A stretch of 64,000 nucleotides of DNA, taken from NCBI RefSeq assembly GCF_009914755.1, contig NC_060939.1, one strand, 5' to 3'. Shown here piece by piece: positions 1 through 13,120 of this stretch. Source of the stretch: the human T2T-CHM13v2.0 reference genome, Homo sapiens. Within the stretch, counting starts at the first letter, position 1; each line of letters opens with the position of its first letter. The position numbers and the translations under genes were made by a program. The notes under the pieces were generated by a model. That model searched no databases and was not told the DNA's origin. It worked only from the letters and a program-made list of their open reading frames with translations.

Positions 1-1102
1 AGCCTTGTGTATCTCTTTCAAAAACGTGTAGCTCATAAAAACATTCTTCACTTATCTTCAGCTGATTTGATGCAATTTTCTTCAATGGTGCTTAGTTATA
101 TTTAATCCCTGTGCCATACTTATGTCCAAAAAAATGGGAAATAATGCAAAGCAGGCCATATTCTAAAATGAAAAGCATTAAATTAAGGTTCTAGGTTCCC
201 TCAAAAAGAGCAAAGCAGAGTGGACCTCACCTTATATAGCATCTATCTCTAAACTTTGCATTTTATTTTGAAACTCTGCAAAGCAATAAAAAACTCATTA
301 ACTTTTATAGCCAGTCAGAAAGGTAGTAATAGCATCTGTAGCAATGGAGATGTAATTAGGCTTTTATTTAAATGTGGCAGGGAGTTTGTTCTCATTATAC
401 GAAATAAATGAACAACCACAAATCACCAGTGGATTCATGCTCCCTATGGTGCTGGTGCAAGTGGTCCAGGAACTTGCCCAGTGCTGCTTCCTTATGTGGC
501 AACAGAGCCTGTGAGCCCCAGAGCCAGGGCTGGATGGAAACCAGCTTTCTGAAGGTTGAATAGTCACAGCAATTATATTAACGATTATAATCATGACAGA
601 AAAGATTCTCCGTCCACATTGTTGTGTTAAAACAGAAAAAGAAAAAAAAAGTGTTGCAGATCATCAATGCAATTCTTAACTTGGTCATAGAAAAACACCG
701 AATTTGATCATCCTCTTGTCTCTGCTGTAGCTAAGCTCCTTTCCTGGCCTCCAATTCCTGTTTCCTTCCCAATACAGCAACTTCCTTCTATCTGTATTAT
801 CTCCTTGCCCATTTAGATAGCCTCAGAAAAACATGGGGAAGAACCAATTTGAAAGGTCTCAGTGGGTTTCATCAGGTTCCTAACAGATAATAAATGCTGA
901 GCTAAGGACCCTAGGTTCTTCCAAAAAATGATGATATTAAAGCTCTACATCCTCTTTTTGAAAGTATGTAAAACTACTTTAGTGGTTTTGATTCATTTTA
1001 ATCTTATGTCAGCTACATTATTATGTAAGGGAAATTCAAAGATGAGGATAGAAATTTACTCAGAAAAAGTATAAATTGATTTCTGTTTAAAGATGATTTT
1101 CC

Positions 1103-1404
1103 GGCCGGGCGCGGTGGCTCACGCCTGTAATCCCAGCACTTTGGGAGGCCGAGGCGGGCGGATCACGAGGTCAGGAGATCGAGACCATCCTGGCTAACAC
1201 GGTGAAACCCCGTCTCTACTAAAAATACAAAAAATTAGCCGGGCGAGGTGGCAGGCGCCTGTAGTCCCAGCTACTTGGGAGGCTGAGGCAGGAGAATGGC
1301 GTGAACCCCAGGGGGCGGAGACTGCAGTGAGCCGAGATTGCGCCACTGCACTCCAGCCTGGGCGACAGCGAGACTCTGTTTCAAAAAAAAAAAAAAAAAA
1401 AAAA
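1103..1404 (+). mobile_element. Young AluY-family SINE
   Basis: Starts GGCCGGGCGCGGTGGCTCACGCC. Carries AluY diagnostics (GAGATCGAGACCATCCTGGCTAACACGG, GAATGGCGTGAAC), a pure A22 tail and a perfect TSD AAAGATGATTTTCC (1089-1102 / 1402-1415). Confidence 0.97.
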
Positions 1405-1439
1405 GATGATTTTCCTTAATCTCATCTCTCAAAACCCAC

Positions 1440-1615
1440 AAATATATATGTATTACTAGGTATGTGTGTGTATATATATATATATAAAATATATATATAT
1501 GCACACATGTGCATATATATTTTTTGTTGTTGATTTGTTTGTGTATATGTATATGAATGTATACACATATGTGTATATACACACATATTTATACACTCAT
1601 GTATATGCACACAAA
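1440..1615. repeat. (TA/TG)n low-complexity simple repeat
   Basis: Alternating TA/TG/CA runs; source of the I/Y/H/V/M-rich spurious ORFs here. Confidence 0.9.
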
Positions 1616-3149
1616 TCAACAATAAAAAATAGAGGGCAAAAAATCCAATTTATATATAACAAGAAAATGGCTATATTCTCAAAACATCTTGACTGGAGCT
1701 CGAGAGCCAATAAAAAGTTGATCTCTGCCACCTGAGACCTTGGGCCAGGATACACGTGCTCTTAAAAGGGCAGGTTCCGTGTTCACTTGTATGTTCCGGC
1801 CCCAGCTGCTTTCCCTGATGGAAGAGGGCCAGAGGCACACAGCGGGAAAGTGGAGAAGCTGGAAGGGCTTAAGAGTCTAAGTCTGGGGAAGGTGAAGGAG
1901 TGTCCCCAGGGCGAAGAAAGAGCAGGTTTGTTGGAGGGCACTCAAGAACACACCCACGTGAAAGCCGTAGATAGGCTTTCCCTATCCCGCATCCCGCCAC
2001 ACTCCCATCCCACCCCTCGGCAGTACTAGCTCAGCCAATGGGGCTACTGACTGTCCCTTCTCCAAGATGAGTCATATTGAGAAGAACGGCCTGGGCCCAT
2101 GGAGAACAACTGCCATCAAACAATCAATTGGCAGCATCCATCAAATACCTGATGGAGGGAAAAAAGGAAAGACAGAGGCACATCGGGGCAGATATCACGA
2201 AAGACAGTTTTCAAGGACACAGAGAGGGATTCTCACCAACAGTGCTTCATTCTGCACAAAGATTCTATGCAGCAGGCAGCATTTTCTGCACCTGAAACGA
2301 GAACTGTCACGGAAGAGTCAGGATATTCAAGTAAGAGGCCGTGTGACAGTGGGAGAGGATGTGAACAGAGCTGTCAGAGTCCATTAGGACATGGAAAGGA
2401 GGAAGAACACTGCAGAAATAAAAAATCCATATGAAGCGACAACAAAGGAAAAACAAGACAGATGATATCATGAGGTCTTGACAAATAGACCTGGGAAAAT
2501 CTCATAAACTACGTATTAAAGAGAACCAGGGAACTTAAAAATGCTTTTAGCAAAACAATGGCCAGGAGAGGGCAAGATAGACAAGGACAGCTCGGCTCTC
2601 AGCAGGTGCTTCTAACCCTCTCACTGTCCCCGCCGCCAGCCCTGGGGGAAGAACACTGTGTTTTTGTTTTTGTTTTTACTACAGATTCTTAAATATTTTA
2701 AATTTTGAACCATAGATATATGTTTCCATTTTAGCATTAATCAATAAAATGGCTGTTGGAAACTCAGTGAAGAACAATACAAGAAATGTGATAAACCCCA
2801 CAATGGGTATATGACCATCTTTGATCAATTTTACAACTGCTACTGCTCACCCCTCAATGCCCATCAGTCTCTCACAGGAATGCACCAAGAGAAGAGAATC
2901 TCCAGCAGGAGGCCCAGAGGTGGAAGAGGCAGGGATGCGAAGAAGCAGAGGAGGCTGGAAGGAACCGGGCGAGAAGTGGGGACAGCGGGAGTGTAAGTGA
3001 GAGCCAGTGAGGCCGCTCACGCAGGGCACCCGGCCAGGTGAAAACTTTTAGAATTTGCTTCAAAAGTCAGTGAAGTGCTCTAAGCAGCACAGTGTCAAAA
3101 TCAGATTTAAAGTTGTCAAAGGGCATTTTTAATGCAAAAAGCAACAGAC

Positions 3150-4080
3150 TGGGCAAAAGTGTTTTTAATATGTGTAACCAAAAAAAGAGAGTTAAAAACT
3201 AGTATTTTTTTTCAAAATGTTCCCAGAAATAACATAAATAAAATTAGTTAGAAAACAAAGCAGACAATTAAAAGAAAAAGAGATACAATTAGTCGATAAA
3301 TCTATGAAAAAATGGTCACTGTATCGTAAGGCCTGAAATTTCATTTCCCACCTTAACGCCTTCGACCCTCACAAGGCCCCAAGGGTCTAATCCTAAGTCC
3401 TTATGCTCACACCAGACGTGTACCCCCGCCAGTGGGAAAGGCTCCTTGCCTGGCCAGTTCCCCATTAGCTGGACTAGCTTCACTTAACCTGATCCTCACT
3501 CTAATGGGCTTCGCTTCCCTGCCAGCTCATGAAATTATTCAAAAAAGCTAGTCACATCCTCACATGGGGCCTGGAGGCACCTCAGCATCTTGTTAGTTCA
3601 AAGCCTGCCTCCTTTTCACTAGAGTCCCTGCAGGCTCTCTGTGTTCCCATGTGCAAGTCCCTTATGGCCCTGTGTAAAATGCAATGTCCTCCTCCCCGAG
3701 GCCTTGAGCATATGTAAGCAACAAACCGCTATGAGCTTATCTGTCCAGTCCCGCAGGGTGGATGCAAGTGGTCAGAACAGTCACCTCATTTGTAATCAGA
3801 GAAACATTAACTGAAGCAGCAATGATACGGAATATTTTTACCCAATGGATTCATAAAATTATGAACCAGTATTAACTACCTGTGTTGGCAGTGGTTTGCA
3901 TGGGAATATATATTGATGGTTTTTCAGGGGATATCTATTAAAATATACAAATCCTGTGACCTCTGATTTACCTTCTAGAAACATTTACTTAGATGCACTG
4001 TTGGTAACAGAGAAAAAATTGGATAGAGCTTAAATAGCTACTAAAAGACAATGGTTAAATGAGTTTTGATATGACAACTG
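3150..4080 (+). mobile_element. Ancient L1 (L1ME-like) ORF2 3' end/3'UTR remnant, split by a solo LTR
   Basis: A-rich with L1-like phrases (gaaaaaatggtcac|ctcatttgtaatcagagaaa; aatggttaaatgagttttgatat). The sequence reads continuously across the LTR insertion. Confidence 0.55.
3320..3779 (+). mobile_element. Solo LTR, ERVL class (MER54-like)
   Basis: TG...CA termini with a perfect 5-bp TSD GTCAC (3315-3319 / 3780-3784). Family name is from recall and uncertain. Confidence 0.75.
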
Positions 4081-4094
4081 ATAGGCAATTTTGT

Positions 4095-4260
4095 GGACTG
4101 GCTCATTTCCAATCTTCTTCCCTTGTGTCTCCCTGGACTGCAGAGACCAGAAAGCCAGAAACTACATTTGCTAAGCTCCCTGGATTACAGGCATGACTTA
4201 GCTCTGCCAATGAGATGTACTTATGTGTGATTTGACTTTGGATCTGTTTTAGGTGAGATA
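4095..4260 (+). mobile_element. LTR33/LTR16-like ERVL LTR fragment
   Basis: gccagaaactacatttgctaagctccctgg...ctctgccaatgagatg resembles the LTR33 core. Confidence 0.5.
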
Positions 4261-4279
4261 GAAATAGCATAAAGCAGTG

Positions 4280-5170
<891 letters not shown>

Positions 5171-5179
5171 ACGTATGCT

Positions 5180-5585
5180 TTCAGAAAGACAAGCATCACA
5201 TGTTTTCACTTATTTGTGGGATCTAAAAATCAAAACACATGGAGATAGAGAGTAGAAGGATGGTTACCAGAGGCTGGGAAGGGGAGTGGGGTGGGGGGTG
5301 GAGGGGATGTGGTGAAAGTTAATGGGTACAAAAAATAGAATAAATGAATAAAGCCTAGCATCCGATGGCACAACAGGGTGACTATAATCAATAATTCAAT
5401 TGTATATTTTAAAATAACTAAAATAGTATAATTGGATTGTGTGTAACACAAAGGATAAATGCTTGAGGGGATGGATACCCCATTCCCCATGATGCAATTG
5501 TTATTTATTGCATGCCTGTATCAAAACATCTCATACGCCTCATAAATATATATACCTACTATGTACCAACAAAAATAAAAAATAG
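5180..5585 (+). mobile_element. L1MA (L1MA1-3-like) 3' end
   Basis: cacatgttttcacttatttgtgggatctaaaaatcaaaac...tatacctactatgtacc followed by an A-rich tail. Confidence 0.8.
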
Positions 5586-7089
5586 AAATCCTGCGCTTTA
5601 CCTATTTACCCCTCCCATCCCCTCTGGCAACAACTATTTTTACTGACTCCATAGTTTTGCATTTCTTTGAACCTCATATAGCTGGAATCATATGCTATGT
5701 AGCCTTTTCAAATTGGCTTCTTTCACTTAGTAATATGCATTTAAAATTTAACCATGTCTTTTCATGGCTTGATAGCTCATTTCTTTTTATGGCTGAATAA
5801 CAGTCACTTGTGTGGATGCTCTCTACTTTGTTTACCTCGGTTGCTTTCAGTTTTGGAGTTTATGAATGAAGCTGCTAAAACACACTTTCATGCAGCTTTT
5901 GGTGTGAATATAAGTTTTCAAATCAATTCTTACTAGGAACTTGATTGCTAAATCACATAGTAAGACTATGTTTAGCTTTGCAAGAAACTGCCTAACTATC
6001 TTCCAATGACTGCACCATTTTTCATTCACACCAGCAGCAAAAGAGAGTTCCTCCATACTGAATCCTCTCCAGCATGCGGTGGTGCAATTTTTGCAGATTT
6101 TATCTACTCTAATGCATGTCTACCTGTATGTGGTTTCAATTTGCAATTCCCAATTGGGAAATGATTTCAAAAATTATTTTAGGTTGCCATTTGTATATTT
6201 TCTTTGCTGAGTTTTCTGTTCAGATCTTTTAACTTCATTTTAATTGAGTTGTTTGCTTTCTTATTGTTTAACTGTAAAAGTTCTTTGTAAGCTTCAGATA
6301 TAAGTTCTTTATCAGACATATGTTTTGCAAATATTTTCTCCAAGTCTGAGGCTTATTTTTTTATTATCTTGCAATGTCTTTGGCAGAGCATAAGCTTTTA
6401 ATTTTAATACAGTTTAACTTACCTATTTTTCTTTCATCCACCATGTTTTTGATGTTGTGTTGAAAAACTCATTGCCAAACCCAAGGTTACCTACATTTTC
6501 TCTATTTTCCTCTAAAAGTTTCAAAGTGTTGCTATTTACATTTAGGTTTATGATTCATTTTGAGTTACTTTTTTTCTTTCTTTCAGCTATATTGAACTAT
6601 AACTGACAAATAAAAATAATATACATTCAAGATGTACAATGTGATGTGCATATACTATACACGTTCATTGTGTAATGGTTACCACCATCAAATTAATCAA
6701 CCTATCCATCACCACAGAGTTACCCTTTGTGTGTGTGTGTGTTGTGATAACACTTAAGATACTTTTTCTTAGCAAATTTCTAGTAAATAATATTATTAAC
6801 TATAATTATCATGTGGTACATTAGATACTCAGCAATTATTTATCTTATAACTGAAAGTGTGTACCCTTAAATCAACATCTCCCCATTTTTCCCACCCCTC
6901 AGACACTGGCATGCACTGTTCCACTCCTTGCTTCTATGAGTTGCACTTTTTAGATTCATATATGTCAGATCATACAGTATTTGCCTTTCTGTATCTGGCT
7001 TATTCCACATAGCATAATGTCTTCCAGATTCACTTATGTTGTCACAAATGGCAGGATTTTCTTCTTTTATTATGGCTGGATAATATTTC

Positions 7090-7277
7090 ATTGTATATAT
7101 GTGTGTATATATGCATCATATATATGTATATACATGCATCATATATATGTATATACATACATCATATATATGTGTATATATACATCATATATATGTATAT
7201 ATACACATTGTATATATGTGTGTATATATACATCATATATATATGTATATATACACATCATATATATGTGTATATAG
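7090..7277. repeat. TA-rich minisatellite (unit about ATATATGTGTATATATACATC)
   Basis: About 8 degenerate 23-27 bp units, each ending in CATC/CATT. Confidence 0.85.
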
Positions 7278-8094
7278 ACAATAGTTTCTTGATCCACTCA
7301 TCTGTCAATGGACACAGGTTATTCCATGTCTTCCCTATTGTAAATAATGCTGCAATAAACATGAGGGTGTAGATAGCACTTCAAGATATTTTATTTCCTT
7401 TCACTATCCTTTTCCTTTTCTTTGGATATGTACCTAGGTATAGGATTGTTGGATTATATAGTAGTTCTATTTTTAATAGTTTGCAGAACTAACAATGTTT
7501 TCTATATAAATTGACTATATCAATTTATATACCCACTGACAGTGTACAAGGATTCTCTTTTCTCCACATCCGCACCAACACCTGTTAGTTCTTGTCGTTT
7601 GGATAATAGCCATCCTTACAGGTGTGAGGTGATGTCTCAGTCTCACTGTGGTTCTGATTTGCATTTCCCTGATGATTCATGATGTTGAGCAGCTTTTCAT
7701 ACACCCGTTGGACAGTTGTATGTCTTCTTTGAAAAAATGTCTGTTCAGGGCATTTGCCCATTTTTCAATACGTTACTATCATCATCATCATTATTATTAT
7801 TAATTTGCTATTGAGTTGTATGTGTATTCAGTATTTTGAATATTAACCCATTATCAGATATATAGTTTTTAAATATGTGCTCCCATTCTGTAGCTTGGCT
7901 TTTTGTTTTGTTGATTGTTTTCTTTGCTGTGCACAAGATTTTTAGTGTGATGTATTCCCATTTATTTATTTTTGCTTTCATGCTATGTGCTTTTGGTGTT
8001 ATATCCAAAAAATATTGCCAAGGCCAATGTACAGAAACTTTTTCTCTCTTTTTTCTTCTAGGAATTTCACGGTTTCAAGTCTTACATGTAAGTT

Positions 8095-8405
<311 letters not shown>

Positions 8406-11400
8406 CATATAAGTTGTTAATCCTATTTCAAGTTAACTTTTGCATTTGGTATAAAATAATGGTTCAATTTTATTCTTTTGCATGTGGTTATGGAGTTTTC
8501 CCATCATTTATTAAAGAGAGTATCCTTTACCCATCGTGTATTCTTAGGACTCTTCTCAAAGGCATTTAATTTGGGGCTCTCTATTCTGTTCTAAGAGCCT
8601 GTTTTTATGCTAGTATCATACTGTTTTTATTTACTGTACCTTGGCAATATAGTTTGAAATCAGGAAGTATAATTCTTAACAGCTTTGTTGCTCTTTCTCA
8701 AAATTGCTTTGCCTATTCAGAGTCTTTTGTGATTCTGTACAAATTTTAAGATTGTTTCTTCTATTTCTGTGAAAAATGTCATTGGATTTTTGATAGGGAT
8801 TACATCAAATCTGTATATCACTTTGGGTAGTATGGATCTATTTGCGATGTTAATTCTTTCAATTAGTGAACATGAGCTATCTTTCCAGTTATGTGTGTCT
8901 CCTTTAATTTCTTTCATCAGTGTTTTATACATTTCAGCATACATATCTAGATATTTCACATGCATGATTAAATGCATTTCTAACTATTTTATCGTTTTTG
9001 ATGCTATTGTAAATGGGACTGTTTTCTTAATTTTTTGGATAGTTGGTTGTTGATGTATAGAAAACCCACTGACTTTTGTATGTTGATTTTGTATCCTGAA
9101 ACTTTACTGAATTTAGTTATTAGTTCTAACAGTTTTTTCATGGAGTCTTTAGAGTTTTCAATATTTAAGATCATGTCATCTTCAAACCGAGATAATTTAA
9201 TGTCTTTCTTTCCAATTTGGGTTCCTTTTACTTACTTTTCTCTCTTAATTGCTGTGGCTAAGACTTCCAGTACTATGTTGAACAGAAGTGGCAAGAGTGG
9301 GCATCTTTTTCTTGTACCTGAGTTTAAAAGAAAAGCTTTCAGCTATCATCACTGAGTATGATGTTAGCTGTGGGATGGTCATATACGGCCTTTCTTGTAT
9401 TGAGGCACAGTTCTTCCATATGTAATTTGTGAAGTTTGTATCATGAATTTATGTTGAATTTTGTAAAATGCTTTTATTGAATCTATGGAGGTGATCATAT
9501 GATTGTTATCCTTTATTCTGTTAATGTGGTATATCGCAATTATTGTTTTGCACATTATGAAACATCCTTGCATCCCAGGATAAATCCTACTTGATTATAG
9601 TGTATGATCCTTTAAATGTGTTGTTGAATTTGGTTTGCTAACATTTTGTTGAGGAGTTTTGCATCTATGTTCATCAGTGATTTTGTCCTGTAATGTTCTT
9701 TTCTTGTAGTGTTCTTAGTTAGCTTTGGTATAAAGATAATGCTGGCCTGATAAAATTAGTTTGGAAGTCCTTCCCACTCTTCAACTTTTTGGAAGATTTT
9801 GAGGAGAATTGCCATGAATTCTTCTTCAAATATTTGATAGAATTCACCTTGAAGCCATCTAGTCCTGAGATTTTCTTTTCTTTGAGGTTTTAGATTACAG
9901 GTTTAATCTCCTTTCTCATTATTGTTCTGTTCATATTTTCTCTTTCTTCATGATTAACTTTTTGCAGGTTGTACATTTCTAGGAATTTATTCATTTCTTC
10001 TAGGTTATTCAATTTGTTGGTGTATAGTTGTTCATAGTGGTCTCTTATGATCCTTTGTATTTCTGTGGTATCAGTGGTAATGCCTCCTCTTTCGTTACGT
10101 TTTCTTTATTGTGAGCCATCTTTTTTGTTCTTGGTTACTCTAACTACAGTTTTCTCAACTTTGCTTATCTTTTCAAAAACGCGACTTTAGTTTTGTTGAT
10201 ATTTCCTATTGTGTTTCTAGTCTCTATTTTATTTCTTTTTATTCTAATATATATTTTTTAATTTTCTGACTTTGGACTGAGTTTGTGCTGCTTTTCTGGT
10301 TTTTTTTTGGGCTAAGTAGCTTGTATATTTGAGATTATTCTTATTTCTTAATATAGGCATTTATTGCTATAACGTTTGTTCTTAAAACTGTGTTTCCTGC
10401 ATCCCATACGTTTTGGTATGTTGTGTTTCTATTTTTACTTGTCTCAAGATACTTTAAAATTTCTCTTTTGATTTCTTATTTGAGCCATTGATTTCAGGAG
10501 TATGCTGTTTAATTTGTACATATTTGTGAATTTCCCAAAATCTCTTGTGTTATTGATTTCTAATTTCATACAACTGTGGTCAGAAAAGATACTTGATATG
10601 ATTTCAACACTCTTAAATTTGCTAAGAATTGTCTTATATCCCAGCATATGATCTATCTTAAAGAATGTTCCATGTGCTCTGGAGAAGAGTAAGTATGCTA
10701 CTGCTGTTAGACAGAAGGTCAAGACCTTCTGTTGGGTCCCTAGGCTAATGGGATTACTTCTGAGATTGCAGTCAAGTGGAGTCAGAGCTGAGTTACAACT
10801 GCTGCTGGGCCCACAGTGGGGACCATGTTTAGTGGGCCTCTTCCCAGGTGCTCAAGCTGGCATGGATTATACCTCCATGACTTTGGTCAGTAGGGCTGGT
10901 GATGGGACAAGTGTCTGTCTACTCAGGGTCCATAGTTGGTTGTTACCAGGTGTGTATACCGGTGCGGATCCTTCTAGGTCCTTGGGATAGCTCCTCCTGG
11001 GTCACTGGGTAAGTCCCTGGGCAGGCATGACTGCACAGGTAAGAGTGACTGGAGAAGAGTTACAGGGCCATTTTGGAGTCTACTGTGGTATCAAGGTAAA
11101 CAAGCCTGCCTCCCTGGGTGTGAAAGATTGAGCATGCCTCCTGGGGGGTCTTTGAGTGGGAAAAACTGCTCTCAGCTCACAGATGAGAAGGCCTAGAGCC
11201 AAGTTACAAAACTATTACAGGACCTTCTGTGGGTCTGAGATTGGTAGACCTTCTCTGAATGCACAGATAGCTGTATCTCCTGGCAAGACTGTGCTTGGGC
11301 AAGAATGCTCTCAAAACACAATTGAGAGGGTCTATGGCTGAGTTACAGGACTGCTTCAGAGTTCACTGCCCAGGCTGAGGTCAGCGAGCCCATCACCAGA

Positions 11401-11950
11401 GGGAGCAGTGCCCGTGACTCCACCCCAGTCCTTTGGCAGATGACTGTGGTAGCAGGATCAAGGCCAAACAGGCTTATAGCCGAGCCCACAAGGAGATGAG
11501 GCTGATTCCAGACCTATTGCCTGCACCAACAGTCAGCAAGCCTGCCACCTAGATTCAGGCCTCCCCTTTCCTCAACCTCCTAGGTTTTAAGCCAGACCAG
11601 GGTTTCACAACCTCCCACCTGGATCCCAAAGGCTCTTTTGTCTAAATAAATCTCTCAATGTATTTAAATATTCTTTGATTCCTGTCATCAGAGTTTAGTA
11701 GTTTCCTGCATATAGATTTTGTACATATTATGTTAGCTGTTTACCTAAGAATGTCATTTTTGGTGCCATTGTAAATGTTTTTGTGAGTATAATTTTGAAT
11801 TTCAAATGTCCATAGTTGGTGTATGGAAAACAAATGACTGTTGAATATTGGCCTTTTATCCTGTGATCTTGCTGTAATCACATCAATACCAGGACTTTGT
11901 TTTGACCATTTCTTAGGATTTTATACATAAATAATCATGTCATCTGTGTA

Positions 11951-12805
11951 TGCAATAGACTGAATAATAATTACCAAAGCTAACCAAGTCCTAATATTTG
12001 GAACCAGTGAATATTATGTTACGTGGCAAAAGGGATATTGCACATGTGGTTAAAAGATGGGGAGATTGTCTGAGATTGTCCAGAGTGCCTGAAATATAAT
12101 TGCAAGTGTCCTTATAAAAGGGATGCAGAAGTAGCTTTGATTATGGGTAGGAGAAGGCAATGTGATGAGAGAAATGGTGATTGGAGTGATGCGGCCACAC
12201 TTCAGGGGATGCAAGCAGCCACCAGAAGCAGAAAGAAGCAAGGAACAGACTCCACTCTGCAAGTGACCAACCCCAATAACACCTTGATTTTAGTCCTATG
12301 TCTTAGTCTGTTTTGGGTTGCTATAACAAAATACCACAAACTGAGTAATTTATAAAGAAAAGAAATTATATTTCTCACAGTTCTGGAGACTTGGAAGTAC
12401 AATATCAAGGTGACAGTATCTGGTAAGGGCCTTCTGGCTATGTCACCCATGGCAGAAGGCAAAAGGTGAGAGATGGTGAGAGAGCTAAGAGGGAAGCCAA
12501 ACTCATCATTTCATCAGGAACCCACTCCCACAATAACTAACCCACTGCCACAATAATGGCACTAATTCATTCATAAGGGAAGAACCCTCATGACCTAATC
12601 ACCTCCTAAAGTTCCCACCTCAGCATTGTTGCATTGGGGAATAAGTTTCCAACACATGAACTTTGGGGTACACATTCAAGTCATGACACCCTATATGACT
12701 AATTTTGGACTTTTAGCCTCCAGAAATGTAATAGAATAAGGATGTATCATTTTAAACCATGGACTTTGTCATAATTTGCTACATCAGCAATAAGAAACTA
12801 ACACA
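11951..12805 (+). mobile_element. MLT1C/D MaLR solo LTR (interrupted)
   Basis: gttacgtggcaaaagggatattgcacatgtggttaa; ends gcaataagaaactaacaca. Confidence 0.8.
12299..12688 (-). mobile_element. MST (MSTC/D-like) MaLR solo LTR nested in MLT1
   Basis: tgtcttagtctgttttgggttgctataacaaaataccac...cacattcaagtcatgaca; near-TSD TCCTA/CCCTA. Confidence 0.8.
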
Positions 12806-13120
12806 ATCAATAAAGACAGATTTATTTCTTCCCTCTGTACCTACACAATTTTTACTTCCTTTCTTGTCTTATTGTATTAGCTATGACTTATAGTATAATG
12901 TTAAATGGGAGTGGAGGGAAAAGATCTCCCTGCCTTGTCCCTGAACTTAGGGGGAAAGCTTCCAGTTTCTTACCACGAAGTAGTATGATGTTAGCTGTAG
13001 GTTTTTTGCAGATGTTCCTTGTCAAGTTGAAGCTGTTATCCTCTATTCCTATTTGCTGAAAGTTTATATCAAGGATGGGTACTGGACTTTGTCTAGTGCT
13101 TTTTCTGCATCAATAGATAT

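Noticed and set aside
1271-1735. I/Y/H/V/C-rich ORFs (also 6981-7372 and 24139-24345)
   Set aside because: These are translations of TA/CA microsatellites.
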